This document shows, piece after piece, positions 13,601-25,292 of a DNA stretch of 64,000 bases (position 1 is its first letter; every line of letters begins with the position of its first letter). The notes under the pieces are model-generated. The model did not search any database and was not told the DNA's origin. It saw nothing but the letters and a program-made list of their open reading frames with translations. The position numbers were made by a program, and so were the translations under genes. The DNA is from Lingula anatina. Its lineage: Eukaryota; Animalia; Brachiopoda. The stretch is taken from positions 7,316,001-7,380,000 of the forward strand of contig CM120643.1 in NCBI GenBank assembly GCA_051362555.1. The letters run 5' to 3'.

Positions 13601-14571
13601 TCTAAATGTACTGAAATAAAAAATGAGACGACTTACGCTCATTGTGTGTCTTTCTTTCAATGTTCAGAAGGAAAAAAAGGATTATCGTCTCTTGAAATTT
13701 GAGTATTTGCTGTCTTGTTGAGTAAGAGATGCCATTTTACGAATCAAGATCGATTATTTTATTTCTCAGGTGAAGTATGTAGAATTAAGAAATTTAATTT
13801 CTATTTGAGAAAAATCCCTTCTTGAAAAGCTGATTTCGTTCATGTAAATACCACTCATATGATGGAAAAGACACTATTTTCGTGTTTTACTTATCTCTGA
13901 ACGTAGTTCTTACAATGTAAAATATGTACACGTTTTATCCTGAAATATGTTTTCTGCCATTAATCTGTTGAACAAATACATTTATGGTAATGAAAATTGC
14001 TTTATTTTCCAAATTTAACTGTTTTCGGCAATTCTGTCTTAACAGCATCATTCTATCGACCAGATGAAGCAGAAATTAAGGTTGTTTTTCGAATTGAAAA
14101 TAGATGTAGGAAATATGAGAAAAATCGTTATCTGTCCCTTGGATTTTAAGCCTGATTTCATGTAAATGTAGTTTGTTTTCTAATTGAAAATGGATGTAGT
14201 AGACTATAGGAAATATGAGAAATATCGTGATCTGCCCATTGGATTTTAGCCCAAATTTCATAAGTGAACATGTAGTTTGTTCTCTAAGTAGTTTTTGCAA
14301 GGAATTTTTTTTTTATTTCATATTCACTTTACTATCTAATGTTCATTAGTCTTTCCAGTTTGTCAATAGCTGTTAGTATAAACGTTGTATATATATATAT
14401 ATATTTTTTTTTTATGTAGGACTTTTGACACTTTTTTTGCCAAACAAAACGAAAGTGCGTATCCGTTTTTTGCTCCCAACAATAAGTGTTTGACTGAAAA
14501 AAAGCGTGCAATTTTAAACAGAGCATTTAATAAAAATCTCATAATTGTCATTATTATATAGAAAAAAAAAA

Positions 14572-14707
14572 CAATGGCGGATCCAGGACATTTTAAAGGG
14601 GTCAGATGTTGACATTTGGAGCGAGATGGAGTATTTTGAGGACTTGATCATGTGAGTCCAGAATGGGTCTCTCTCCTCGGGGAGGGCGGAGACTAGATCC
14701 ACCATTG
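14572..14707. mobile_element. Short hAT-type MITE
   Basis: TIRs CAATGGCGGATCCAG / CTAGATCCACCATTG match at 13/15. No TSD is resolvable because the flanks are A and T runs. Confidence 0.6.
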
Positions 14708-15050
14708 TTTTTTTTATTGAAGAAGTTGAAATATTTTGTTTTTGTCATTAAGAACAAACATAAGACCATTAGTGTGGTAAATAGTTTATTTGTCAAGTCG
14801 AATATATAAGAATGTTATATTTTTTACACCTGCAAGTGAATTTAAATGCAGGCATCATAATATTATACTATAATATCATAATATTCTTTTAGATACTAAA
14901 CGCTTTTTAACTTGTAGTAATAAAAAGACTGAAGACGATGATATTTTACAGGTATATGTTTTATAAATATTTGAATACATAAAAGCAATTTGTATTGCTC
15001 TTAATAAAACACTTATTGAATATACAAAATGTCTTAGTGTTTTTACTGAT

Positions 15051-15435
15051 GGCTACATGGCTCAGTGAAAGCCTGGGGTTGGGGTTCGATTCCTGGCTCG
15101 GGCACTTTGGAATTACAAAGGGGTGCTATTAGAAATTTTATTTGCTTACTATAAGAAGAAAGTCTACACGGGGAGGGTGGGTGGGAACACTTAGAGGAGT
15201 AGGTAACGCGCTTGCCTCTGAGACAGAAGGTCCCCAGTTCGATTCCTGGCGCTTCTAGGTCCCAGCAAATTACCTTTTGCAAAAATAAACCCAAATAAAC
15301 AATTCAAACTACTATAAGAGGATCAAACGAATGAGGAAAAATGCGAACTGAGACAGTGGCTCAGTAGGTAAGGCGTCAGACTAAGAAGTAGAAAAGGACG
15401 AGCTAGGAGTTGAAAACCTAAGGTTCAAGTCGAGC
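15051..15435 (+). other. Three tandem tRNA-derived (Pol III A/B box) modules; not canonical tRNAs
   Basis: A-box-like TGGCTCAGTG (15058), TAGAGGAGTAGG (15192) and TGGCTCAGTAGG (15357). B-box-like GGTTCGATTCC (15083), AGTTCGATTCC (15236) and GGTTCAAGTC (15422). No clean cloverleaf is seen. Confidence 0.6.
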
Positions 15436-18400
15436 TGAAGAAAAGAAAGTTAAGAATAAACGTGTGACATTTTGCACATCATCTATTACAACTTTTATGT
15501 ACATTTATTATAACAAATACAAACAACTACACCATACAGATGTATACAAAATCCGAACATTACGTTTTGGCTCTACATAAAAAGTAATTTTCATAACGAC
15601 TGCGCAATTTGAGATATAAATCAATCTTAAATACAACTATCTACAACTAAATGTGTGGGAAATTCTATGCATTTTGAAAAGTGTCGCTCAAGATCAATCG
15701 TTTTGGATTTAATAAAGAACATGAAATCTCCCTTTTTTATATTTTTGCCCAAAGTTAAAAGAGAAAGTTGAAGATTCGAGTGAAGTAATTTACAGCAATC
15801 GTTCAAAGTTGACATTGGAGTATTTGTCTTATGAGTGAGCCAAAATTTCACCAAGGGACATTTTTATCCAAAATTCAAGTGTGGTAACAGTATGGATAAT
15901 TCAAAATGCATATGATCTCATGTAAGCGTTCCCCCCGCACAGTCAAACATTATTCAATTCTGTTAATTTGATGAGTGCTTTTCTTATAGATAAATGGATA
16001 TGTACCTTATATTTTGCGTCATTTTTCTTCTCTTAAAATCTTAAAATACAATTTTGAGTGAACACTTAATTTATGCGTCGTGCGAATCAAGAGCGGCATG
16101 AAGACATGGTCAGTTTACAACCTTATCCCAGTCATAGTCATTTTTAAGAACAATATGGCACCTAATCAGGCCTTTTGTTCTCAATCACTCCTTGATCCCA
16201 ACCGAAATATAGAATTAAGAAAGAACCAAGAACAAGATCAACATTAAGTAAAACACTGACCTTCCAATTTTGTGGAAATCTTACTCTAACCAATCAAAGT
16301 GTCATTTTTCTTATAATTTTTTTTTCATGTTTGATTAGAAAAAACAAAAAACAAAAGAAAAAGGGTTTTTAGGCGTTTAACTGACCAAGTTTCTTTAATT
16401 ACTGGGAAATACCCATTTCCCCCAAATCAAAACTTTGCGACAACTTTAGTTTCGGATTTTTCAAAATTTCAACTTGTAAAAGATGCGATAAATGCCAGTT
16501 CTACATGTACATTTTAATTGACGCAAAAGGAAACACTTTCTACTATTCACAGTTTCTCTTTGTGAGTATTTCCGCTTTGTAATGAAGGTATAAAGTTAAT
16601 TTCCCTTCTTTAATAACAAAAACTTATTAATTGCGAAAAAAAACTAACCCAACCCCTGATTTGATTTTCTGAAAACGAACATTTCTACCCCCTCCCAGCA
16701 ATAAAACTATGGGTCTGTCACTGATCAGACATACTACTAGTATATCAAAATACCGGGAACCCAAGGAAGTTTATTCTTACCATGCGACATAACCGCATAT
16801 TCACAATTTTAGAAGGTCCCGTTTTAATACGTGTGGGCAATTCTGCAATAACTCTTAAAAGTGTCATAATTTGGATTACAGCGTTTACAGTTTATTGTAA
16901 ATTTACGTTTCGCTCATTTGTTCCTTTGAACCCACAATAAAAGATTCCTGAATGCATTTTACATATTTTTCTATTCTAAATTTAACTTCATAAAAATTAA
17001 TATTTGTATTCAATTTTATATGAATAATCATGCATTTTTAAGTGCACAACAAAGCGTCTTATTACATATTTGCCCACACATATAATTTTACAATCAAACA
17101 TTGAACCGGTCGTACTAGCACTGTGCTCTGCCTGGACTTTACTTAATGATAATTTTACAATTACTTTCATTTTCATAGATCACTTAAGCAAGACATTTTA
17201 GTATAACCTCAAAAGTGTCGTTTCAGATTCGAAAACTGGTCGGTCTAAACAAAAATTTAAATTACAATAAAAACATCGTGCGAGGATAGAGTGCTGTACT
17301 ACAACTTTTTTACACATGCATAATAATAAACCAGCAACGTGCAAGGTTGACGCTTGGATTTAGTCCATTTTATCGGAAGTTTCATGAAAAAACCACTCGT
17401 TACAAGCTGCACTTCATTTGATACACGTTTTGATGCAGAATATTACAACCCAAAGCACACATTTCACACCAAAGCAAATGTCAACCCTGCAAGTTGACTA
17501 TACGACAAACTTCGGCACACAAGACAACGTTGACATGGGTGCGGGCGCTGGCGAACACGAATCTGATGTCTTTTCTGGGAGCGCGTCCAATCTCATCGTA
17601 GACGGTTGTTACGAGGCACTGAAATTAAATGAAAAATGAAATGGATTAAACAAAATTCATAACAATATTTTAGGATTTGACAAAGTGAAATACATAATAA
17701 TAATAACAATGATCTTGTTTGGTTTTTGACTTTCTTAGTTATACATTATTTTGCGTATTTTGTGGGTAGTGTGATATAAATTCAGAATTTTATTGCTACA
17801 TGTGCTTATTAAAACCTCTTCAGAATGATTCTACCAATTACTTTATACCAATGCATCCACACTTAAATAATTTCGTAATCCGAATTCTGGCACTTTAGCT
17901 CAACTTTTTAAAAATCAAATACTTTATGCAAACAATTTATTTCAGATTATAATATCAAGGACGGTATGTAATTGAAATTGCAATCAGAAAAAAAAATGAA
18001 GTCAAGGGAGGTCGACAGTGTCCAGCAAATATACGTTTGCTTTCCTGGTCGCGGCTAGTTCTCTATAAAATAATTTGTTTATTGTCAGTTAACTTTAATA
18101 AACAGGATATATTTGTACAGGTCACTGTCAAAAAATAAAAAAGGCACCCGTTGGGAGCTGAGAATGTTACAGTAGTTACCTGCTTTGTCGTCTTGCTTTG
18201 TTTAAGACGGAATAACGCGTTCAGACCTTTGGACGGCTGGAATAATCTTCTCACTTCTTTATGAGTAAATACTTTCCTTCTGGAAAAAGCAATATAAAAA
18301 GTTATTAATCTTTCCAAGCTCATTTCAGCATTCATGTCAATGAAATATATCCAAGAGCCATTACGTCTGAAGTGGGAAATGCATACTTTTGGATAAAATA

Positions 18401-18939
18401 TCGTCAACATAAACCGATCAGTGTTGTCTTATATCATCTATACAGTACTTACAACAAACTACATCAGTTCTCAGTGCCAAAATTTCATTCTACGTGTGGA
18501 AATTGTGGCAATGTGGCACGTGAAGCTTCTTCCTCTTCCTTCTGACCTTGGTCCTATCTGAATACCTCTCACCAAGATGCTCACCTTGTTTACATAATAA
18601 TAATAGCACTGACTGTGGGATTGTGTTAGAGAAGACACGATGCGGCTTAACGCAATCTAAGCGTTATCATCAGGTTATTGCACAAACAAACCATTTTGTT
18701 TTGTCCATCTATAGACCTTCATCCCAAATGATGTTATTATTATTAACGCATCCCAATTAAAACATGATGTCGCCTATTGTTCTAGCACTGTAAATATTTA
18801 ACACTAGAGTTGTGGCGACTTAGGTTTGTACATGTATATCTAACATTTTAATTTTTATGCAGCAGTACATATGAACCCAAATATGCTTCTTAGAAAAAAT
18901 AAATCACATAAGAATCAGTTTACTGAGTTACGCATCATT

Positions 18940-19573
18940 CGTGAAAGTATTGTTTTCTGATTTCATTGTTTGCTCTCTGTTGTCGCGACTCTGTGGTTGC
19001 GTGCGACGTTGTATATGTGCGCACGCTTGTTTTTACGTCGCTTATTCTTCTTTGTTACGTTAAAATGATACATACGTTACCGATACATACGTTACCATGA
19101 AGCGTGTAAATATTTATTCTATTTTCATTGGTTTTCTTTCGCTTTGTGGGCCAACACTTATGTCTTTTAATTGTGTTTCATTAAAATAGTGTTGGCGCAC
19201 AAAAGGAGAGACAACCAATGAAAATAGAATAAAAAATATTTACACGCTTTATGGTAACGTATGTATCATTTTAACGTAACAAAGAAGAATGAGCGACGTA
19301 ATAACATGCGTGCGCACATATACAACGTCGCACGCAACCACAGACTCGCGGCAATATTAGAAAACAATACCTTCACGTTATTTGGTACCGTATGTATCGG
19401 TGACGTATGTATCATATAAAGAATTTCAACAAACGGTTTCAAGACAAGTAATCCTTACTTGCCCTGCTTTTCCTTCTTATTGTAATGTTGTATACGGTAA
19501 GAATAAGGCGTTTGCTCACAAAACGAACAACAAACAATTAAAAAATAAAAGTATTTACAAGCCACATGGTAAC
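18940..19573. repeat. Foldback copy of the 343-bp repeat family
   Basis: Inverted arms at about 18940-19160 and 19187-19378 (GCGTGCGACGTTGTATATGTGCGCACGC / GCGTGCGCACATATACAACGTCGCACGC), continuing in reverse orientation to 19573. Confidence 0.85.
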
Positions 19574-19575
19574 TA

Positions 19576-21238
19576 CAGACTTGACATTTAATATGGAATA
19601 TTTATTTTCAAATTATTTTTCATCAGTTTTTTCCTATTTTGCTGACTGATAAATGAAAATAAGGATTAAAATCGTGTTTTAATAACTTTTATTTATCTCT
19701 TTGATGTCATTGTGACATCAGTTCATTAATTGAATTCGCCAGTGGGGGCAAACAAAAATGCATTGCCTATTTCAAGTCGCACGACAACCATTGAAAGCGA
19801 TAATTTGGATCTCCATATTTTCGAAATTATCGTCTTTAAAAGAGTTCTACGCCCCACAAAGGGCCCTCATGTCAGTGTCTTGTCACAGCAACGGTTGCTG
19901 TTACACCTGACCTCATTTGGCTGCTACCAGAGCTTTCAAGTGGCAAGGCGTTCCTTAGGATATGTTTTTATAGTTTAATCTGGAAAAAAAATTCCAGGCA
20001 ACGGTCAAAACTTGTCCAATTTGGTTCAGTTTTGTTGTAAGGCATGCAGGCCGTTGATTCGGAGAGAAATAACCTAGCCATGCGTTGTCTATGTGGTTCA
20101 AATATGGCGATTTTGATGACCAATGTATCTGCTCAAGCCCTTGGCTCTGTAAGTTATCTGCTATTAAAAGTGCTCTGTGTGAACGGGCAATCTCATTGTG
20201 CAACCTACAATTGTTCCTAAGGTGCCCCCTATCAAATGATAGTCAAATGGTTCCCAGATTATTCCTTTATTTCATCTGGTTTAGGTTTTCATCAATGACT
20301 ACCATTGGTGTTTTGGCACCAATATGGTATCCACTCCAAATACTGACGCTGTCAATGACCCTAGTCACTTCAGAAGCGGCACACGCTTTGTCGTTGGCCT
20401 CTGCAGGATGTCTGTAAACTCTGTTTTGACCAGTTAAGCGATACAGGTAAAAATCTGACCTCAATAAAGAAAGCCACGCGGTTTCATTGTTCTACCCAGA
20501 AACGGTCATGGTCCACAATTCATTAGAGAAACAGACGACGCTGTTTTGCTGTTTACAGTGGCTTCCTCAGAGGTCGTTTGGTATCCTAACCTGCTAAAAC
20601 CAGTTTGATATTCGCTAAGAGTCTTGAAAAACGCGTTTTGGTCACAATTTGCCCCTCATTCTGAACGGACTGGGTGGGTTTTGTTTAGTTGCAGCAGCAT
20701 ATCCGGAAGGACAGTGAGTCCTGTGCCCTGGTGGTAAGATGTCGATACATTGGGCGTGCTCTCTGTGTAGGTACATCAGTCTGGGCATAACTCCATAAAA
20801 CTGTGCATACTATTCTGTTTGACACAATAATCTGTCTGGCAATGCCTGTCTTTTTCGCGACAGTCTGGGACAGATTAACATTTTTATAAAACATTGTTTA
20901 CTCATTTTACGCACTGCAAAACCGACCGCTTGCATGCAAAATTTCAAATTCTTTTATGCAGTAGTTGCCGACATATGGATACTTTTTTGACAGAACCATG
21001 CTTCGCCAAAGCCAAGCTTTGACCAGCCCAAAGGAGCACTACCCAATTAAATCACCGCATATTACACTATGCAGCAGTGCAACAGACTTGGTAGTCAGTT
21101 AATTGGTAGCGACACACCTTACTTCACACTTCTTCAGTCAGATATCCTTTATGAGAACTGAGTTTTATGAAAAAAGAACGCACTTTTACCTAAGCATACC
21201 TTTAAAACTGAAATATTCCATATTAAATGTCAAGTCTG
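19576..21238 (-). mobile_element. Tc1/mariner element, full length, transposase pseudogenised
   Basis: Perfect 28-bp TIR CAGACTTGACATTTAATATGGAATATTT with TA at both ends. Minus-strand fragments SIWSGYHIGAKTPMVVIDENLN and IHWSSKSPYLNHIDNAW match a degenerate Tc1 WPxxSPDLNPIE region, with stops and frameshifts. Confidence 0.9.
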
Positions 21239-21878
21239 TATTTTCATTCGTTGTCTTTCGTTTTGTGCGCCAACACTTATGTCTTAATGTTACATAAAAA
21301 TGAAAGAAAACGAGACAAATAAGATTTCTTGCCTTCAACTATCTGTGAAAATTGTTCATATGATACATACGTTACTGATGTATACATGGGCAAATAATAT
21401 GAAGGTGTTGTTTTCTGATTCCATTGATTGTTTTCTGTTGTCACGGCTTTGTTAGTGCGTGCGACTTTGTACATGTATATGTGCGCACGTTTGTACGTCG
21501 TTCATTCTGTTTGTTACGTCAATATGATACATACGCTACCGATAAATACGTTACCATGAAGCGTGTAAATATTTATTTATTCTATTTTCATTGGTTTTCT
21601 TTCGTTTTGTGGGCCAGCACTTATGTCTTAATGCTACATTAAAATGAAAGAAAACGAGACAAATAAGATTTCTTGCCTCAACTATCTGTGAAAATTGTTC
21701 ATATGATACATACGTTACCGATATATACATGGCCAAATAATATGAAGGTGTTGTTTTCTGATTCCATTGATTGTTTTCTGTTGTCACAGCTTTGTTAGTG
21801 CGTGCGACTTTGTACATGTATATGTGCGCACGTTTGTACGTCGTTCATTCTGTTTGTAACGTCAATATGATACATACG

Positions 21879-22135
21879 ATTCATGTTGATTCACCGTATA
21901 GATCTTGGTAATAATAGAACTATAAATATTTTGATGCATCTAGAAAGATCTACATAATAGTTGTTGAATACAGTCCGAGCTTTCGGCCCGTCACGTATCC
22001 TAGGAGTTTGTTTTTTTACTTTTTTTACTTTTTGTTCATATTCCCCGAAGAAGGCCCAGGGGCCGAAAGCTCGGACTGTATTCAACAACTATTATGTAGA
22101 TCTTTCTAGATGCATCAAAATATTTATAGTTCTAT
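21879..22135. mobile_element. Penelope-like (PLE) inverted pseudo-LTR insertion with 13-bp TSD
   Basis: TATGATACATACG flanks both sides (21866-21878, 22136-22148) and is single in the sibling repeat units. Perfect 79-bp inverted arms lie at 21911-21989 and 22060-22138. The sequence resembles the Penelope tail at 63490-63620. Confidence 0.7.
22042..22075 (+). ncRNA. Minimal hammerhead ribozyme motif (PLE type, CCGAAGA core variant)
   Basis: TCC-CCGAAGA-A-GGCC(CAGG)GGCC-GAAA-GC-TC/GGA gives stem I TCC:GGA, stem II GGCC:GGCC, GAAA and a UC cleavage site. Confidence 0.55.
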
Positions 22136-22649
22136 TATGATACATACGCTACCGATAAATACGTTACCATGAAGCGTGTAAATATTTATTTATTCCATTT
22201 TCATTGGTTTTCTTTCGTTTTGTGGGCAAGCACTTATGTCTTAATGCTACATTAAAATGAAAGAAAACGAGACAAATAAGATTTCTTGCCTTCAACTATC
22301 TGTGAAAATTGTCCATTTGATTCATACGTTACCGATATATATGTACGTGACCAAATGTCACGACTTTGTGAGTGGGTGTGACTTTGTACATGTGCGCACT
22401 ACGTTTTACGGCCTTCATTCTTATTTGTTACGTAAATATGATACATATACGTTACCAAATAACGTGAAGGTATTGTTTTCTGATTTTATTGCACAGCACA
22501 AAAAGTCAATTTTCAGCTCTTTTACTCTTCAGGAAATGGGTCTGAATATTCACTTTACAAGCCTTTTCAACGGTGTAAAGCTCTACCGGAAAGGTCAGGG
22601 TGTACGGGTTTACTACCATTTTATGCCTAAGCTTAAAATTGTAGTTGCA

Positions 22650-22870
22650 CTATTACTACGTCTTTCCGATCAAGTATAGGCGTCTAAAAACAGCCTCTTT
22701 ACAACTCCTTTCCGATCAAATATAGGCGATTTTTGACACGTCTTTATAACCCTTTTCCGATGAAGTAAATGCGATATGAGGTACGTCATTATAACCCTTT
22801 TCCGATCAAATAAAGGCGATTTTAGGTAAGTCTTTACTACTCTTTTCTAATCAAATAAGAACGATTATAG
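22650..22870. repeat. Degenerate minisatellite of about 42-bp units
   Basis: Repeated TTTCCGATCAAATA.AGGCGATTT units. Confidence 0.75.
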
Positions 22871-24719
22871 TTATTTCAATTACTTATAGCACTGATAATG
22901 TTTCAAATTCAAGTAGCATTTCATTTAATGAGAGGAAGGCTTGTGAATTTTCAATTTTAGTAATTTATTGCAAAAAACAACAATAATCATTACAATACAG
23001 TAGGAATTATGTTTATAAAGCGCAATACAGCTACTATAAACCACAAGTGGAAAGTAATCGTACACTAATTAATGTATTATTTTGTACACTCATTATACGC
23101 ACACCCTAAACAATAGCGAATACCATTAAAAAATTTACCTAGTAAAATAATTACGCAAATAAATACGAACCACATTTAAATACGACTTTCCAGAACAAAA
23201 TCTAAGCAAAAGTATAATTATAGGAATGTCACAGATTCATAAGTAGTCAGGCTTTTTCCATTATTTATCTGACATCTGGTAAACATATGATGAAAACGAA
23301 AACGACTACTACTTATCCATCGACTTAATGTATTTGCAGAGAGTGGCCGCTCTTTAAATAACATGCCAATTATGTGTGCCCTAATTGCCTGACCCCGTTT
23401 TAAAAATTACACTCGTTAGGTATTTTTGTTCACATTGAGTAAGGCGATGAAGCCTAGCTTCCAAGGAAAGATGAAATATTGTCACCAAAACCCCTACAAA
23501 ATGCGTAGGCTAAAGAAATAAAATAACATTAAAAATATGGGAAAATTGAAAACAAGAGAAACGCAACACAACATGTACCTGAAATATCCGACTAACTTTA
23601 AGTATTTAATCAAAATCAAATAAATGCTGCTCAAATTCTAAGAGAAAAATGTCCTTTCAGAATAAATCTGTAGGAAATACAGCTATTAATTTCTTGAGGT
23701 GTGTGAAACGTTCATCTTATTTAGCGTGATTCATGAAGCACCCCCTTCACGCGACTTGTGAACGCAATTGTTTATTCTCCGCCCTTCGTGAAAAGAAGAC
23801 ATTATACCCGGTGATACGTGATTTTCAGGATATTGTTTAAATGCCTACTATCAGTGAGATAATAATACACTGTGATTTGTGTATTGTTGATTTAGCTTCC
23901 CGCGTACTGTGGTCATTCCCCTCCCCAATTGGACTTTCAAGACTGGGCCTGAATTAAAACATATCAGTTTACTTGGGATCACAGCAAAATAATATACAAA
24001 TATACGTTCAAATATAAGAAGTACTGATCTCATTGTAATAACAATATATATAAAAACAGTAAGTAAAAATTAATCACCGTAAAGGAGATACATGTATATT
24101 AACATTTTTCATGTAGAATATCGTGATATTATCTAATCTACAACTGTAGACTCAAATCATCCTTGCGTGTAAATTATTTTCCACACATCAAATCGCCCTT
24201 GCGTGTAAATTATTTTCCACACATCAATTTGAGCACTTCTTTAGCCTGGCAGACCCCCGCGTCAGATATTTCTGCCGTTGCCCCTTTCAACAGCTTCCCC
24301 TAGCTTGTTCAGTGCTGCTATCGCCCTTTCCTTTTTTCCAGTGCGGTGTCCTTCTTAACGGATTCTGTGAAGATATAACGAAATGATATCAAAATATAAT
24401 GTGTAATAACGAATTAAACATAACTGGGTAAAGGGAACAGCATGTCTGACTAAAAAAATTCAGAGAAAGTATCAGGATTGAGAATTACAAGAATGCATGT
24501 ACCACTACAACAGACATGGAAAATGTAATAAAATCAAAGACTTGGTAATTTAGCAACACACATTGAGAATCAATTATCAAAAATGAAAATAAATTAATAT
24601 TATGAAAATAACAAAAGGAATAAAACCACTTACTGTCTTCATCCTCTCGTTTTTTCCTGTACATTTACTTTGTACTCTGTCTCTGTGGCTATCTTCACAC
24701 CACACCACATCCTCCCCTT

Positions 24720-25292
24720 TGTAGTTGCGATTTAATATTTGTTGTTTGGGGGTGGTCGGCTCATGTCTTAGTTAAACTAACTCTTATCAAAATAACACGA
24801 TGCAGGACTGGGGCCCTGGGGACGTGTGTTTTGACAGCGCCCCTGATTAAAAGCTTTGAGATTGCTTTTGGGACGTTAGAGTTTAGATTGAAGTATAAAA
24901 GTCCCTTAGATGCGTTATCACGTGTTTGTGAAGAGATGACAACGGTGATAGAACGTGTCCGTCTTATAATTCTGATTCGAATTATGTTAGATAACTATTT
25001 ATTGCCGTATTCAATATTATCGGCTGTTTTTTCACTTCGGTATGATGTGAGAGAGTGTCTTGCCTCTGTATGTGTTTGACCTGAAGGGCCGACTGTACGA
25101 GATACGCACAGTGCGGCGGGGGAAACGAAAAAAGGGGGGGGTGGACTGGTTGCAGAAAGCGCTTTTCGGTCAACAAGTGACCTTCATCAGCTGCAGAGTC
25201 CTGAAAAAAGGGGGGACTGTGCTTAAACAAAGAAGTGAGAAACCAAAACACTTGGTTTAAGCCTTCATCACCGCGGTTGGAGAGAGGTTACA
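24720..25292 (-). mobile_element. Possible solo LTR
   Basis: TGTA...TACA termini, higher GC than the flanks and a minus-strand AATAAA near 25000. No TSD found. Confidence 0.3.

Larger units (their letters stand above)
21241..22490 (+). repeat. Tandem array of a 343-bp unit (about 3 copies), one interrupted
   Basis: Near-identical units offset by 343 bp, also visible as duplicated ORF-track peptides at 21474 and 21817. Same family as 18940-19573 and 27210-27590. Confidence 0.9.

Noticed and set aside
15051-15435. Functional tRNA genes
   Set aside because: A and B boxes are present, but acceptor and anticodon stems do not pair convincingly and the spacing is irregular.
14331-15643. ACTATCTA at 14331 and 15636 as an 8-bp TSD
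   Set aside because: The adjacent termini are not clear inverted repeats, and an AT-rich 8-mer match may be chance.
18063-18410. 115-aa minus-strand ORF as a coding remnant
   Set aside because: No motif was recognised and there is no supporting splice or TE structure.
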